Source: Takakia lepidozioides
Taxonomy: Eukaryota; Plantae; Bryophyta
Reading direction: 5' to 3'
Assembly: GCA_030704615.1 (NCBI GenBank)
Contig: CM060731.1
Span: 44,144,001-44,208,000 of the forward strand
Length of the DNA: 64,000 nt
The notes under the pieces are model-generated. The model had not been told where the DNA came from, did not search any database, and saw only the letters and a list, made by a program, of their open reading frames with translations. Position 1 is the stretch's first letter. Each line of letters opens with the position of its first letter. Both the position numbers and the translations under genes were made by a program. Of the stretch, positions 40,601-52,179 are shown one piece after another.

Positions 40601-42218
40601 TCAAACAACTTAGGCTTTCCAGCCGCATCTCTGCAACTTGCTCCCACTCTGGGTGTGCAGCAAATAGGGTAGCTTCCTGCTCCTCATCCAGTCCTCCTTT
40701 CCAGTCATACTCTCTGATTCCTCGAGGTCTTCTTGTAGCAGGTAATCTACTAGATTTCTTTGTGGTAATTTGTATCTCGTGTATCCCATTATGCACGGTT
40801 AGTAACTGAGAATTCCAGTCATGGAATACCCTGGCCTGTTTCAGCTACGGACGTCCCAATAATAAGGAGTAAGCCTCCATGACTTCATCCATTTTCAATA
40901 CAGTTACTGTGATCATAAAGATCATCTTCTGTATCTGTATCTTAACTCCTCTTATTAATCCCAATGGCTGTACACTTCTTTGATCTGCCATTGTTACTGT
41001 AAATGGGGCTGGTTTCATGTTACTTAGACCAAGCTTCTTCCTTAATTGGTCTGTCATGATATTTACTCCAGAACCACCATCTATCAGTACATCAATTAGT
41101 TCTGTGCTTCCAATTCTCAATTGGATTACTGGCATAGAATCATCAAAGTCCATGACTGTTTCTCGCCCTTCCGGCTTCACATTATAACTGGTCACCTTGC
41201 TGTTCAGGTCTGTGTTTCCTGTCTCTTGGGCAATTCGATTGATTGCTTGATACAGCCTGTGCCTACAATAAGGTGCCACAGCTAATAGCTGTCCAATGGT
41301 AATTTCTGCTTTGGTCTGGCATATTACTTCAGCCAAAGTCTCTTCATTACTTTGCATGTCTGCATCTTCTTTCTTCCTTTCTTCCTCACTCCCTTCTTTT
41401 TCTCCATCCGAATCAGAGGAATCTGCCACAGGAATATCAGTACTCTTTTGCATTTCCCTTATAGTATCTGCCACTTCCTTGTGCAGTTCCTTCTCATCTT
41501 TCCAAGTCTCTTCATCTTCAGGCATATCATTGCCACTTCCATTATCATCTTCTTCCTCTTCTACTGGAGGTATTAGTTTGGCTTTACTTCTTGTTACTAT
41601 CATTGTACTTACTTCTGGTACAACACATGGCCTAACCATGTGAGCTGCCACCACTGGGCCCTCATTCACAGGAGCTCTCATCTCATTCTGGTGTCTTATC
41701 CAGAATGAACAGGCTGCCTTGCGATGTCCTGGCTGATTACAATAGTAACATAGCTCTTCACCATTGGGTCCTCGCCCTTGGTCTGTTCTTGGATTATTTC
41801 TATAATCCTGATTCCCGGGCTGGTAATTCCCCCTTGGATTACCCTGATAGTTGCCTCTGGAATTTCCTTGGTAATTCCCTCTTGAATTACCTCTCCCTTC
41901 CATGCCATTGTTATAACCACCAGACCTACCATAGTGGTCCTGATCATTGTTTCTTCTTGGCTGGGGCTGCACCTGATGCACCCTTACTTGCCTAGGTTCT
42001 CTTGCAGCTGTCCTTCTGTTGTAGTAACAATTCTCAGTAGAATGGTTATCCATTTTACAGATAGTACAGTGTTTCTCCTTCACGTGGCATTCTGTGGTGG
42101 TATGGCCTTCATTCTGGCACTTTGCACACCATACACCCTTCCTCCAATGTGTTGCAGCCTCTGTGGCATACTTCTTCAAGATTTCTTCCAATTTTTTTTC
42201 ATAGTTATCCCTCTTCAA
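37690..42218 (-). pseudogene. Gypsy gag C-terminus and pol (PR-RT-RH-INT), with stops and frameshifts
   Basis: Zn knuckles CAKCQNEGHTTTEC, CTICKMDNHSTENC and CYYCNQPGHRKAAC. Protease VLIDGGSG. RT SPIVIVPKKNGKLRVC..MDGFSGYNQ..MPFGLCNAPATFQR..FLDDF. RH YASR..NYSTTEREALA..DHQAL. Integrase H..GGHF..CDEC, WGLDFVGP..SDQGSHF..PQGNGQAE. No archaeal-type RNase H and no chromodomain seen. Confidence 0.95.
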
Positions 42219-42324
42219 CTTATAAGCCTCTATTATGGCTTAAGAAATTATTTAAATATCAGTAATTTTTGTACTTTTAGCCTCTACTGTCATATTTTAC
42301 CTCCATAAAACACTTTTTATATAG

Positions 42325-42646
42325 AATGGATCAATTTGGTTGAAAGTTAGCACTGATAATTCATATGACAGAAAAAGAAGTGTATCAAAATTTCGATATT
42401 CAAACGAAAGACCAGAAACGAGATGAGATTCATGCGGAGGGCTTTGACAAATCAATACTGCTGATGTCGGAGAAAGTACATGGAGAGAGTGGAAAATATA
42501 TGCTGTATAACTTGGTGACAAAGTCGTGGGAATTTTTGCCTCCAAATCCAGTGGAACATCTGCGTTTTCAGAGTGGTTATCGAGGATCCATGTGGAGGCA
42601 CGGGAAGCATATGAGTTATCTTCGCCTGCCCAACACTCCTTGGTAA
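42325..42646 (+). pseudogene. Possible C-terminal remnant of an F-box-associated/kelch-like gene at the inversion breakpoint
   Basis: NGSIWLKVS..MTEKEVYQNF..YMLYNLVTKSWEFLPP resembles the W-x-x-V-x-x-M and YN-x-x-T-x-x-W-x-x-LP motifs of plant F-box C-termini. Short and frameshifted. Confidence 0.3.
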
Positions 42647-43933
42647 GAAATTTACTTCAGATTACGTCTGTAGAAACTCAAGTGAAGTTGTCCCATGTAC
42701 ATGCACTCATATTGCAATGTATACCGTTGCAGGGGTTGAGGATTGCCAAATGGCTATGGAATCCTCATGATCTGGAGCTTCTCTGTAAGGGTAATCCTCG
42801 AGGTACACAGTTTTGTTGTTGGCAATAGAAATGAACATACGGCTGTCGGATTGTTAGATTAGGTACTCTTATTGTTCATTGGAGTGAACCATGCTAGCAC
42901 TTGTTGCTGTGGTTAAGTACAATTAACAGTCCGAAATCTTGAGACCTGAAATGTGTCTGCAATTTGTAACCACCCACGAAATTGTCTCTAGTTTCAAATC
43001 TTCTTAGAAAGTAGCTAGACACAAATTTTGAGCAGTTTTTAATGTGCCAGCTTCTTGCTGTGTTAAGCGTGTGTGTAGAATTTCTTTGTAGCTCGGTTGC
43101 ATTACCATTATCGGAGTGTAGAATGCTAAGGCTGCAATATATACCATCTTAGGACATGTTGCGTCGCCACCATGCTAAGTTGGTAGGAGAGTGCATGACC
43201 TTCACTGATAATCTGTAAAGTTGAAACTATTTCACTGTACAGTGTCGCAGCTTTGATTTATATGTTGTCCTCATGTACTGATGCTGAAAAGGACATGTTT
43301 CTTGATTTCTGACATGCTGCATAGTATAATTCTTTGCACACAAAGTTTCGTAAGTTTTGTGTTGACATGAAATGACAACAATGCAAGTGTATCAGAGATT
43401 TTGTTTCACATGCAATTAGAGTTTATCTGATGGAATGTATTAGTCTATAACATGAATTATACCCACTACATATGCACACTATGCTCCACAACAAATCAGT
43501 TATGGTCATGACATTCACGAACATCAGCATGATAAGAATTTGCTTCTCGTTTCCGAATCGTTTGCACATTCCATACTTCAGCAAGAATTTTCACTTTCAG
43601 AATGTCATGCATTCTTGCGTTCATGCCGACGTGGTGTGGGGACAGTGATCACGATGGTGTTTATGCGAGAAACTAGTCACAACAATACACTAAGCTTATA
43701 TTAGAAAGAAAGAAATATATAACATACCTGAAGTATTTGTGGTGAAGATAGCTCCGAATGTAGACAAAAGAATTATCTAAATCAATCCACCTCTTCTTGT
43801 TCACAGCTAGCGTCTTCCAGTTTGCCATCAGGGCTTGGTGTGGGCGAGACGTGTTCTAATACCAACTGCGTGTTCTTTGATTCAATTGAGCTCGCTGCTT
43901 TGCAAAGACAGGACATCTGGACTAGTCAGTTCA

Positions 43934-44354
43934 TTTTGTTTTACATGCTCCTATAACTAAACATAGACACTGTCAATAGTGGACAGATTTAGACATGTAC
44001 TTAGACAAGCACAAATGCACTCACAGATGTGCAAAATACACACTCAGCAAACAAACAGCTGAAGATCTACAAATCTGAGCATTACAGGATTCAATGGTCA
44101 TTGAATTAATTGTCACCAGACTAGGCTGTCCATCGTCACCTCATTACACACCTACGTAGCAGCAGGTCGAGACAAACGTCTCTAGCTCATAAAAACAAAG
44201 GCAGCAGAAACTACAATCCAAGAATGGCCATATGTAACATAAAGAAAACTAACTAGCAACGAACTATCTAAAGAGAAAGTAACATGTAACAGATTATAGT
44301 CAGTAGTGCACATTGCTCACTGGTAAACTGACTACTTGATGATATCATTCAACA
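43934..44354 (-). repeat. Copia 3' LTR, inverted relative to the element body
   Basis: Reverse complement of 27270-27691. On the minus strand it is preceded by PPT-like TAGTGGGAG and followed by TSD TGAAC (43933-43929). Confidence 0.93.
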
Positions 44355-44463
44355 CTCCCACTAGTCAGTGAACCACTGGGCATTGTAGCAATTGATCCTC
44401 CTGCAATCTGGGTGGCAGCCGTGCTACTTAGGTGTTTGTAACACCTAGGAGTTCCTGCATTCG
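44355..44463 (-). mobile_element. Copia 3' internal remnant (end of RNase H to PPT)
   Basis: Minus strand cgaatgcaggaactcctaggtgtt continues the frame broken at 31946 to give KFLRMQELLGV. Confidence 0.85.
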
Positions 44464-45485
44464 TGTTAGAGGACTGTCGGGGACTTAGACACTTATACGG
44501 GATCTGTAGAGTACCCTTAATTTTTGCACAGACTGAGACCAACATGAGCCTTAGGGGTGACAGCAGCGCACTGTAGAGGGGGGTTACACAGCCCGTCACA
44601 GTCGTCACAGCAGACACAGCCGACACAGCCAACACAGCCCGTCACAGTCGTCACAGCAGACACAGCCGACACAGCCAACACAGCCCGTCACAGCCGTCAC
44701 AGCCGACACAGCCGTCACAGCAGACACAGCCGACACAGCCAACACAGCCCGTCACAGTCGTCACAGCAGACACAGCCGACACAGCCAAACACAGTCGCAC
44801 AGCCAGTCACAGCCCGTCACAGTTTCACACAGCCAGTCACAGCTTGACACAGCTGTCACGATCATAGGGAACGAAGAGTAGGACAGGGAACGACTGTGGG
44901 GAACAACACCTGCGAAGGGAACATGTTAGTTCACAGACGACGGTTAGTGAGGGAAACGGTTAGAACCACGGATAGGAAGATAAAGGGAGAAACGGGGAAT
45001 TTCAGGGGATATCATTGGGAGGAGGACTTCTTGGTCATGGAGGAGAGGGGATGGGGCAGAGATGAAGAACGGAAGTGAAGATAGAGAGATGATGAGTAGA
45101 TGCTTGTTATATGCAAGGCTGTAATGATATTGTAGAGCAGATTAGAGACACAATGGCTTCGGCCTGATACCTAATAAATCATAATCGGATACTTTTACGA
45201 TACACTCACACTGTGTAAAGAGATCTGAGTGAAGCTGTGGAATGAATGGATGAGTTGACGGAATCCGATAGATTGATAAAGCAAACTGATACTTAATTAT
45301 CAATGGTAAGGTAGTTAACATGAATGCCAAAAGGGAAACAAATAGGAAACACCCCCATGATACCCTAGCTGTAGGTCATGACTGATTGTTCTGCGCGGGC
45401 TGAGTACTTAGAGATTTCCAACTCTTCTATCTTGGAGTTTCCGCCTCGAATAGCGAAGGGATGGGTGAGTAAAAGCCGTGTGACA
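44464..45485 (+). repeat. Gypsy 5' LTR (now on + because of the inversion)
   Basis: TGTTAGAGG...GTGTGACA; matches the reverse complement of 31947-32978; followed by a PBS. Confidence 0.95.
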
Positions 45486-45487
45486 TT

Positions 45488-45505
45488 TGGCGACCATACT
45501 GGGGA
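45488..45505 (+). promoter_or_regulatory. Gypsy primer-binding site (TGGCGACC..., consistent with a tRNA-Arg-type primer)
   Basis: TGGCGACCATACTGGGGA lies 2 nt after the LTR end. The tRNA identity is from recollection and was not checked. Confidence 0.75.
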
Positions 45506-45994
45506 CCTGAGTCATGAACAACCAGATGTGACAGGCATCTGGTGGGATTGCCAGACGGTTGTAAAGAAAATATTCTTAAGCGAGTGCATGATGCTGATCC
45601 GGAATGGGGTCTGGAGAAAAGAGTGATAAAGATTTATCAGGTAGCCTGTAGAGGAAGAGCACGTTGGTTACCAACATTGGTTTATGTGATAGCATTGCTA
45701 TCCATTAAGCGAGTAGAGTTTGAAGGCTGGGAAGAAAGAAAGGTGAATGTTTATACTCATATGCATGAAGAGCTTGTACTGGTAAAGAATTGGATTCCAA
45801 AGGATATTTTGTGGATCAAACTCACACCAAGAACAGCTTTTCAGACTTGTTTGCCATATGGTTATATGGTAACGGAGACTTCAAGTATAGCCAAGGGTGC
45901 ATTGAAGCTTGAAAGAAACCCAGGCATATACGAGAGATATTACAGAAGAGAGTTTTGGTTATTGCCACATTAAAAGAAATGAAAGACATGAGAC

Positions 45995-47400
45995 ATGAGT
46001 GATGAAAGAGAAGCTAGACGACAGAGATATTCAGCAAAAAGAGAAAGCTATCTGAAAGCTAATTATCCATATCTTTGGGAGAGAGGAATAGACATAGGGG
46101 AATCATCTGGACCTCTCACACCATTAAGATCAAAGAGTACATCACCTATACCGGAAGAATTAGAGTTGGATGCCACTCCTTCTGTTTCTTTGCAAGAAAG
46201 ATTAAGGGAATTGGTACAGGAAGAAGATCAATCACGAGGTGAAAGATCTGAGGTACATCCTTGGATAAAAGATTTGACAGAAATCTTTGATAAGAGTTGG
46301 CATGGAACACCAAAAGCAGGAACTCCAGTTTCTGAAGCAGAAGGTGAAGAAGGAGAAGAGGATGTGGCAGAGCCAACGGAGAGTTCAGACTCTCCAACAC
46401 CATTACAGTTGAGTTACATGAGTGAAGAAGAAACCCAAGGGCAGAACTTGGCGGATGAAAACAGAGAGAAGAAATTGGAAGAGGAAGAATATGAAGAAGT
46501 AGACCCAACAGCTGAGGTTGAGACTACAACCAGGACATCCCAACCCGTTGGACCTGGATCAAGTGGAGCACTTGGATCACAGGCCAACGAAGGTGTCGGC
46601 TCAGGGGGATCAGGCGGGCTGCCTGGATCTGGCTCTGGGGGGACAGGGAGTGTGGGAAGTAGTGCAACTGAAGCTGGGAATACTGTGAATATCGTGGGGC
46701 CAGAAGCAGGGAGTGCTCAAGGGCCACCACTTGGTGGAAGATCCACCACAAAAACAACAGGTCCAGAAGGACCAGCACCAGCAAGGGTGCCAGCACCTGT
46801 CAGTGGGCAGAAGGTAGGGCCACAGATGGCGTTACAACCAACACGGGCAAAACCACCCTTTCCAATATATTCAGGAAAAGGGGATCCCGATGTACACATT
46901 AGCCAATTTGAGCACATGTGTATAGTGAACAATGAGAATGGCGATGATGCCAAGATGAGACTGTTTCCTTGTTCACTTATCAAGAAAGCAAGTGAATGGT
47001 ATGCAAGATTCCCTGATAATCATTTCCTAACCTGGAATGGCTTGAATACAGCATTTCGAAATAGGTTCAGGACAAGTAAAACTGAGGATGAAGTGTATGG
47101 AAGTTTACAACAGCTGAAGCAGAAGAAGCATGAAACTGTTGAAGAGTATATGGAGAAGATGGAATTGATGATGAAAAAGCTGGCTGCAGTACCAGCGCCC
47201 GGTTTACAGAAGACTTGGTTTGTGAGTGGACTAAGACCAGAGTTGCAAAAGAAAGTGGATATGTTACCCCATAATACAGTGGAGGAGGCATTTGAAACTG
47301 CAAACATAATTGAGCAATTGGGAATGCTTAGGAGAGAGAAAAAGGAAGATGAGGACTCTGAGGATGAGTCAGATGAAGAAGAAGAGCAAGAACTAAAAAG
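45995..47400 (+). CDS. Gypsy gag, N-terminal part, truncated at the inversion breakpoint
   Basis: 485-aa ORF with retrotrans_gag core FPIYSGKGDPDVHISQF..LFPCSL..ASEWY..TWNGLNTAFRNRF..LKQKKHETVEEY..FVSGL. The Zn-knuckle half is on the minus strand from 42218. Confidence 0.9.
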
Positions 47401-47470
47401 AGATCTCCTCAATATAGAGGTCGATGTATCCAATTTACATCCAAATCGTTGAAATAACAACCATGTTGTA

Positions 47471-47645
47471 TGTCGTGCGCATACATATCGCTACACAACT
47501 ACATCGCTGTCCAAAACCACACAATACATGTGCACGCCACACACTAGTATACCACTAGTCTACCACTAGTCCAACCAATAGGCTACAACTAGTCAGTCAC
47601 TAGGCTGCCACTATGTTGCCCACTATGGCAGTCACTAGTCCACAC
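47471..47645 (-). repeat. Split direct repeat B2 (3' terminus, ends ..GCGCACGACA)
   Basis: Direct copy of 47978-48164; contains CCACTAGT sub-repeats. Confidence 0.9.
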
Positions 47646-47649
47646 AATA

Positions 47650-47975
47650 GATAAAGAAGAAGAATACAAGCACAAGCTCATGCGAGCTCACAAAGCTGAA
47701 GCATAAACTCATGCATATATAAACTCATCACTCAAATACAAGTCAAGCCAAGTGCACCCCACGCCATGGGGAATCCACACTACGGCGCCAAAGCTAGGCG
47801 CAGTGAGGCTCAACTCGAGAAAGATGAGCCTCCCGCGCTTGTCGTGAAGATAACCACTCCAGGGCCTAAATCTGCCTTGATCCTTGGATTGACACTTGGG
47901 CCAATCCCAAATGTCAATATGTAAAAGCTAGCTATTTTCTAGCTAGTTTCACACTAGTGATAAAATAACTTGACA
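47650..47975 (-). repeat. Split direct repeat A2 (starts TGTCAAGTTA in element sense)
   Basis: Direct copy of 58556-58853 plus ~22 extra terminal nt. Confidence 0.9.
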
Positions 47976-47977
47976 AT

Positions 47978-48164
47978 TGTCGTGCGCATACATATCGCTA
48001 CACAACTACATCGCTGTCCAAAACCACACAACACATGTACACGCCACACACTAGTATACCACTAGTCCATCACTAGTCCAGCCACTAGTCCAACCACTAG
48101 GCTACAACTAGTCAGTCACTAGGCTGCCACTATGCTGCTCACTATGGCAGTCACTAGTCCACAC
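47978..48164 (-). repeat. Split direct repeat B1, immediately after the polypurine tract
   Basis: Copy of 47471-47645 with one extra CCACTAGT-type unit. Plus-strand gccccccta at ~48169-48177 is the PPT. Confidence 0.9.
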
Positions 48165-48425
48165 GATCGCCCCCCTAGCTGGTGCTTAGGTCCCTCTAAG
48201 TTCAGGTAGCCACAAGATGTGATAGTGACCATAGCCTCACTATGTCCTCCACCACTGTCCCTACTACACTCAAACTCGATAGATCAAGAGGCCGGGTGCA
48301 AGAGTTGCCCCCTCGTTAGTCGCCGTCTTGCAACATGTGAACTTGAGCCTATGATCTCGTGTATTGACTCCTAGGAGCTTGGCCTCCCATGTCTTGTTAG
48401 CTGCCTCTAGTCATGTCCACTGCCA

Positions 48426-49545
48426 CTATCCCAAGCAGTGTGGACATAACCAATCTCCATCAGGAACCTTCTCAAGAGGTGGTGTCAAGCATCTCATGTG
48501 CCAACTTCTTGAGCATCGATCACACACCAGCATGGTGGCTGCCCCTTTGGCAGACCCACAGAGCATACACCTCAAACTTGCAGGTACCACTGCCAAGTTT
48601 GGGTCAACTCTGCCATCGACATTGGGAAGATGACATGGCGCACAATTACGCACATGGTCTTTCCAAGTCATGTCATCCCGACCCTCCAAGATCAGGACTC
48701 CTGAGGGCAACACCTCTCGAGCCCTCAGAATAACACACCCTGCAGTGACATCCAGGGTCGTATGAGTAGTCTGCTGCAAATAAACATAGTCACCCGGGCT
48801 AAACCGCCGAACCCCAGGACGATATCCTTCACCACGTATAGTGGCATACCTTAACGTATAACGGTGTTGTGCAATGGCAAGGTTCTCAAAAGCCATGGGC
48901 ATGACTTTCTTGAACAACTCTGCACGCTAATCACATGCACGTACCCACACGTCCGGATCGTCAAGGTTAAGGACTTGAGCAGTGTCCCTACGAATGGCTG
49001 CAGGCAAATCCGGCTCTCGGCCAAAGAGAAGGAAATATGGTGAGAAGGAGGCAAGTGATGCTTGTTTGCTGAACCTGTAGCCCATGGCTAACCACGACAC
49101 CTGAAGATCCCAATCTCCTAGGTGTCCCTTCTGCAAGCCATACTTGCGCAAACCCCTCTTCACCGTCTGAACAACTCTCTCCGCCAAGCCATCGGCCTCA
49201 GGATGATCCCGAGAAGTGGTGCGGTGGTCTATCAAGGCTTTATCACACAAAGCCTGAAACTCCCAAGAACTCTCTCCCTTGGTCCGTGAGTACCTCAGCT
49301 GGAGCACCGAATCGGCTAAGCACACTATCCAAGAATGCATACGCAGCCCCCTCACTAGCCTTGTCAGGCAATGGAACCAATTCAATCCACTTGGAGAAGT
49401 GCTCCACCATCACCAACACATATCTGTGGTGGCGCATAGTCAGTGGCAACGGTCCTGCGAAGTCAAGACTCCACCTGTAGCCCAATCCCATGATTGGTAA
49501 AGGATGCAACTGTGGTGTAGGGGTGTTGAATGAAGCACGCACCCT
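48426..49545 (-). pseudogene. DDE integrase core and C-terminal PHD finger
   Basis: WSLDFAGPLP..VMVEHFSKWIE..FGAPAEVLTDQGREF..HPEADGLAERVVQTVK, then CMLC..MLVCDRC..WHMRCL..VPDGDWLCPHC (C4HC3). Confidence 0.92.
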
Positions 49546-51057
49546 TTGGATTTACGATCCGGATATCACCAGTTGCCGATCAAGGAGGCGGACAAGCAGA
49601 AGAAGACATTCTGGGGGATCAATGAGCACGGCAAGGATTGCCTATATCAGTGGCGGTTCTTACCATTTAGGCTTAAGAACACTCCTGCAGAGTCTCAGAG
49701 AATCATGAATAGGATTCTAGCAGAGGTGGACTTTGCTCCGTGCTACATAGATGACATCATCATCTTTAGTGCTACGGTGGAGGAGCATGAGAGACACCTT
49801 CAGGTGGTATTGGAGCGCTTGAGAGCACATGGATTGAAGTTGCATCTGGGAAAGTGCAAGTTTTTCCACAACCAGATCGAGTGTCTGGGTCACATGATAT
49901 ATCCTGGAGGATTGGGGGTACAACAGACTAAGGTAGAGGCCATTGCACAAATTCCACGCCCCACGGATGTGAGCCGAGTTTGAGCTTTCATGGGGTTGGC
50001 AAACTATTATAGACGGTTTGTCAAGGGATTTAGTACCATTGCAAAGGCTCTATCCAAGCTGACCAAGGTGGACCAGGAGTGGCAGTGGGAAGATGAGCAG
50101 GAACGAGCTTTTCAAGAGCTCAAGGCGAGGTTGACTTCGGCGCCTATCCTGAGACGACCTATCAGGGGGCGTCCCTTTCAGCTGCATACGGATTGGAGCA
50201 TGCTCGAGCTTGGAGCGGTGCTCACACAGATGGATGATGAGGGAAGAGAGTTCGTAGTGGCTTATGCTAGCCGCTCGAACAACGCTGCAGAGGCTAAGTA
50301 TAGCTCATATGAGGGAGAGTGTTTAGCTGCAGTGTGGGCCGAACAACACTTCAGGTGCTATCTATACGACAATCTCTTCACCCTTGTCATGGATCACCAG
50401 CCACTCAAGTGGTTGATGGAGTCAGACAAGCTTACAGGGAAGCTTGCACGGTGGGCACTCTGCATATTCCAGGAGTATGACTTTCAGGTTGTGCATCGAC
50501 CGGGTTTGGTCAATCGGGATGCAGATGGATTGAGTCGCAATCCATGCACAAGCCAGCAGGATGACACTAGAGCTTGGTGGCATCGTGAAACGGACGAGGA
50601 GATGGTGTCGGGATGGCATGCATTTGCCTTTTTGTGTATCTTGGCATCGGGAGGTCAGGTTGGACCTACAACAGGGATGACTGTAGACGGAGTGTCTGAG
50701 GATCCTGAGGCTAGTGATGAGCCAGGTGGTACCCGAGATATACATGAGGATTCGGCTGTATTGGACTACCTCCGTACTGGAGACACGACAGCCACTGTGA
50801 CTGCCAAGAAGATGGATCAGATCCTGCAACGAGCCAAGAGGTTCAAGTGGGAGGGGATACACCTGCTCCGAGTATGGGAGGATGGTCGGGTGAGGATTAT
50901 GCCTCACCCCACACAGCGTGCATGGTTAGTGCGGCATGCCCATGAGGAGTTGGGGCATTTTGGAGTGCGATGCACTCACAGTTTACTGCAGGGGCAATAT
51001 TGGTGGCGTGGTATGCATATAGAGATGCAACAGTTCGTGGCTAGGTGCATGATGTAT
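49546..51057 (+). pseudogene. RT C-terminal half, RNase H and integrase zinc-finger segment of the DNMT element, locally inverted
   Basis: DLRSGYHQ..FLPFRLKN..CYIDDIII, LANYYRRF, FQLHTDWS..AYASR..YSSYEGECLA..DHQPL, HAHEELGHFG..YWWRGM..RCM on the plus strand, while all flanking domains are on minus. Confidence 0.92.
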
Positions 51058-51403
51058 ATGCAAGCATCAGGTCTAAGTCTGCAATGCCTCGAAAAGAGAC
51101 AAGGTTTCAGGTCGTGTAAATGTCACGAAGAAGACAATATAAGTCTACATAAAGATAGGATTAAACCGGAGATGTTTTCTCTTCATTCCATAAGTTTCAA
51201 AAAGAGTCCATTGTGGGACTCTGCAGCCGTCTGATGGGAGTTTGTGCCGGAGTGTGCTGGGATTGTGGAGACTGAATGAGTCCGTTAGGAGACTATGCAT
51301 GAGTCCATTGCGGACTTGTATTTCAGAAAGGGACAATGCTACCAGAGGAATTGCCTGCACAGTCTCCCAACGGACTCCTCCAGTCTCCCAATTGACTCCC
51401 ACA
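51058..51403. other. ~345-bp foreign filler at the right breakpoint of the pol inversion (possible truncated LTR of another element)
   Basis: No pol homology. Interrupts RT after ..FDAIGHVKV. Begins TGTGGGAGTC on the minus strand. Confidence 0.45.
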
Positions 51404-51800
51404 TAACCTTAACATGCCCAATGGCATCAAAGAGCTCCTCTGGTGTTGGCATGGCATACTTATCGGACTTGGTCTGACGATTTACAGGCCGGTAATCACC
51501 GCACATACGTCTCTCCGTCCAATTGCCATAGACATCCTTCTTGGCTGGCATCATTGTGGCTGAAGCATACTCTCCACCAGAGAGCTCCACCAAACCAGCC
51601 TCCCAGAGATCTTGAGTCCTCATCTGAATCAAAGACCTCTCCATGTCACTGTATCTATAGGGTCTCCAAAAGATTGGCGTGTCAGTGGCCAACTCAATAC
51701 GATTCTCTTGACCCTTCAGTGCTCCCAAGTCCTTCAAACTGAAGGCAAAGCAATTCATGTAAGCCCTCAGGAACCGCCGTATACGTCGTCTCTCTCCTCC
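51404..51800 (-). pseudogene. RT N-terminal part of the DNMT element
   Basis: CFAFSLKDLG..IELATDTPIF..PYRYS..EYAS..PAKKDVYGNWTERRMCGDYRPVN..DKYAMPTPEELFDAIG. Confidence 0.9.
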
Positions 51801-52179
51801 GGTGACAATGGGTCCAATGTCAGGCTCCCAATTGTCCTCCGTAACTGCAACCTTAAGTCCAGTGGGCTTAGAGGTAGAGGACGCGTCCAGTGGTTGCTAT
51901 GTTGCAACCTCTTGAGCAGTACTCCCTACCTGCTCAGTCAGTGACAAGGCCTCATCCTGCCCCATCATCTCATCCTCAAGGACTTCCTCCACTCGAGAAA
52001 AATCCCCAACCTCATCCATCACCGCCACCTTGGCTGCCAACTCCCTCTGAACCTCGAGCACCTCTTACATGTGTCATGGATGCCTACACCCCGTGGTCTT
52101 CACATGCTCGCCCCCACTCACTGCCTGTACCGTCTCGGTAGGCAGAGAGACCATCGAGGGAAGTGTACTCCACACTCTG

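Larger units (their letters stand above)
31947..42222 (-). mobile_element. Ty3/Gypsy non-chromovirus LTR retrotransposon (Athila/Phygy-like), 3' part: gag C-terminus, pol, extra ORFs, 3' LTR
   Basis: 3' LTR at 31947-32978, PPT next to it, pol on the minus strand. TSD CGAAT at 31942-31946 and (minus strand) 44463-44459. Confidence 0.93.

Noticed and set aside
42900-43930. Exon-like stretches on the minus strand (e.g. MANWKTLAVNKKRW..KYF|gt)
   Set aside because: Frames are short or interrupted and match no family I recognise.
47471-47975. Reading 47471-47975 (TGTC...GACA) as an ordinary solo LTR next to a second LTR split by an insertion
   Set aside because: It would require the 10-kb gag-pol insert to have no termini of its own while placing a PPT and primer site exactly at the split. 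The split-repeat reading explains these features and the other copies better, though this alternative is not formally excluded.
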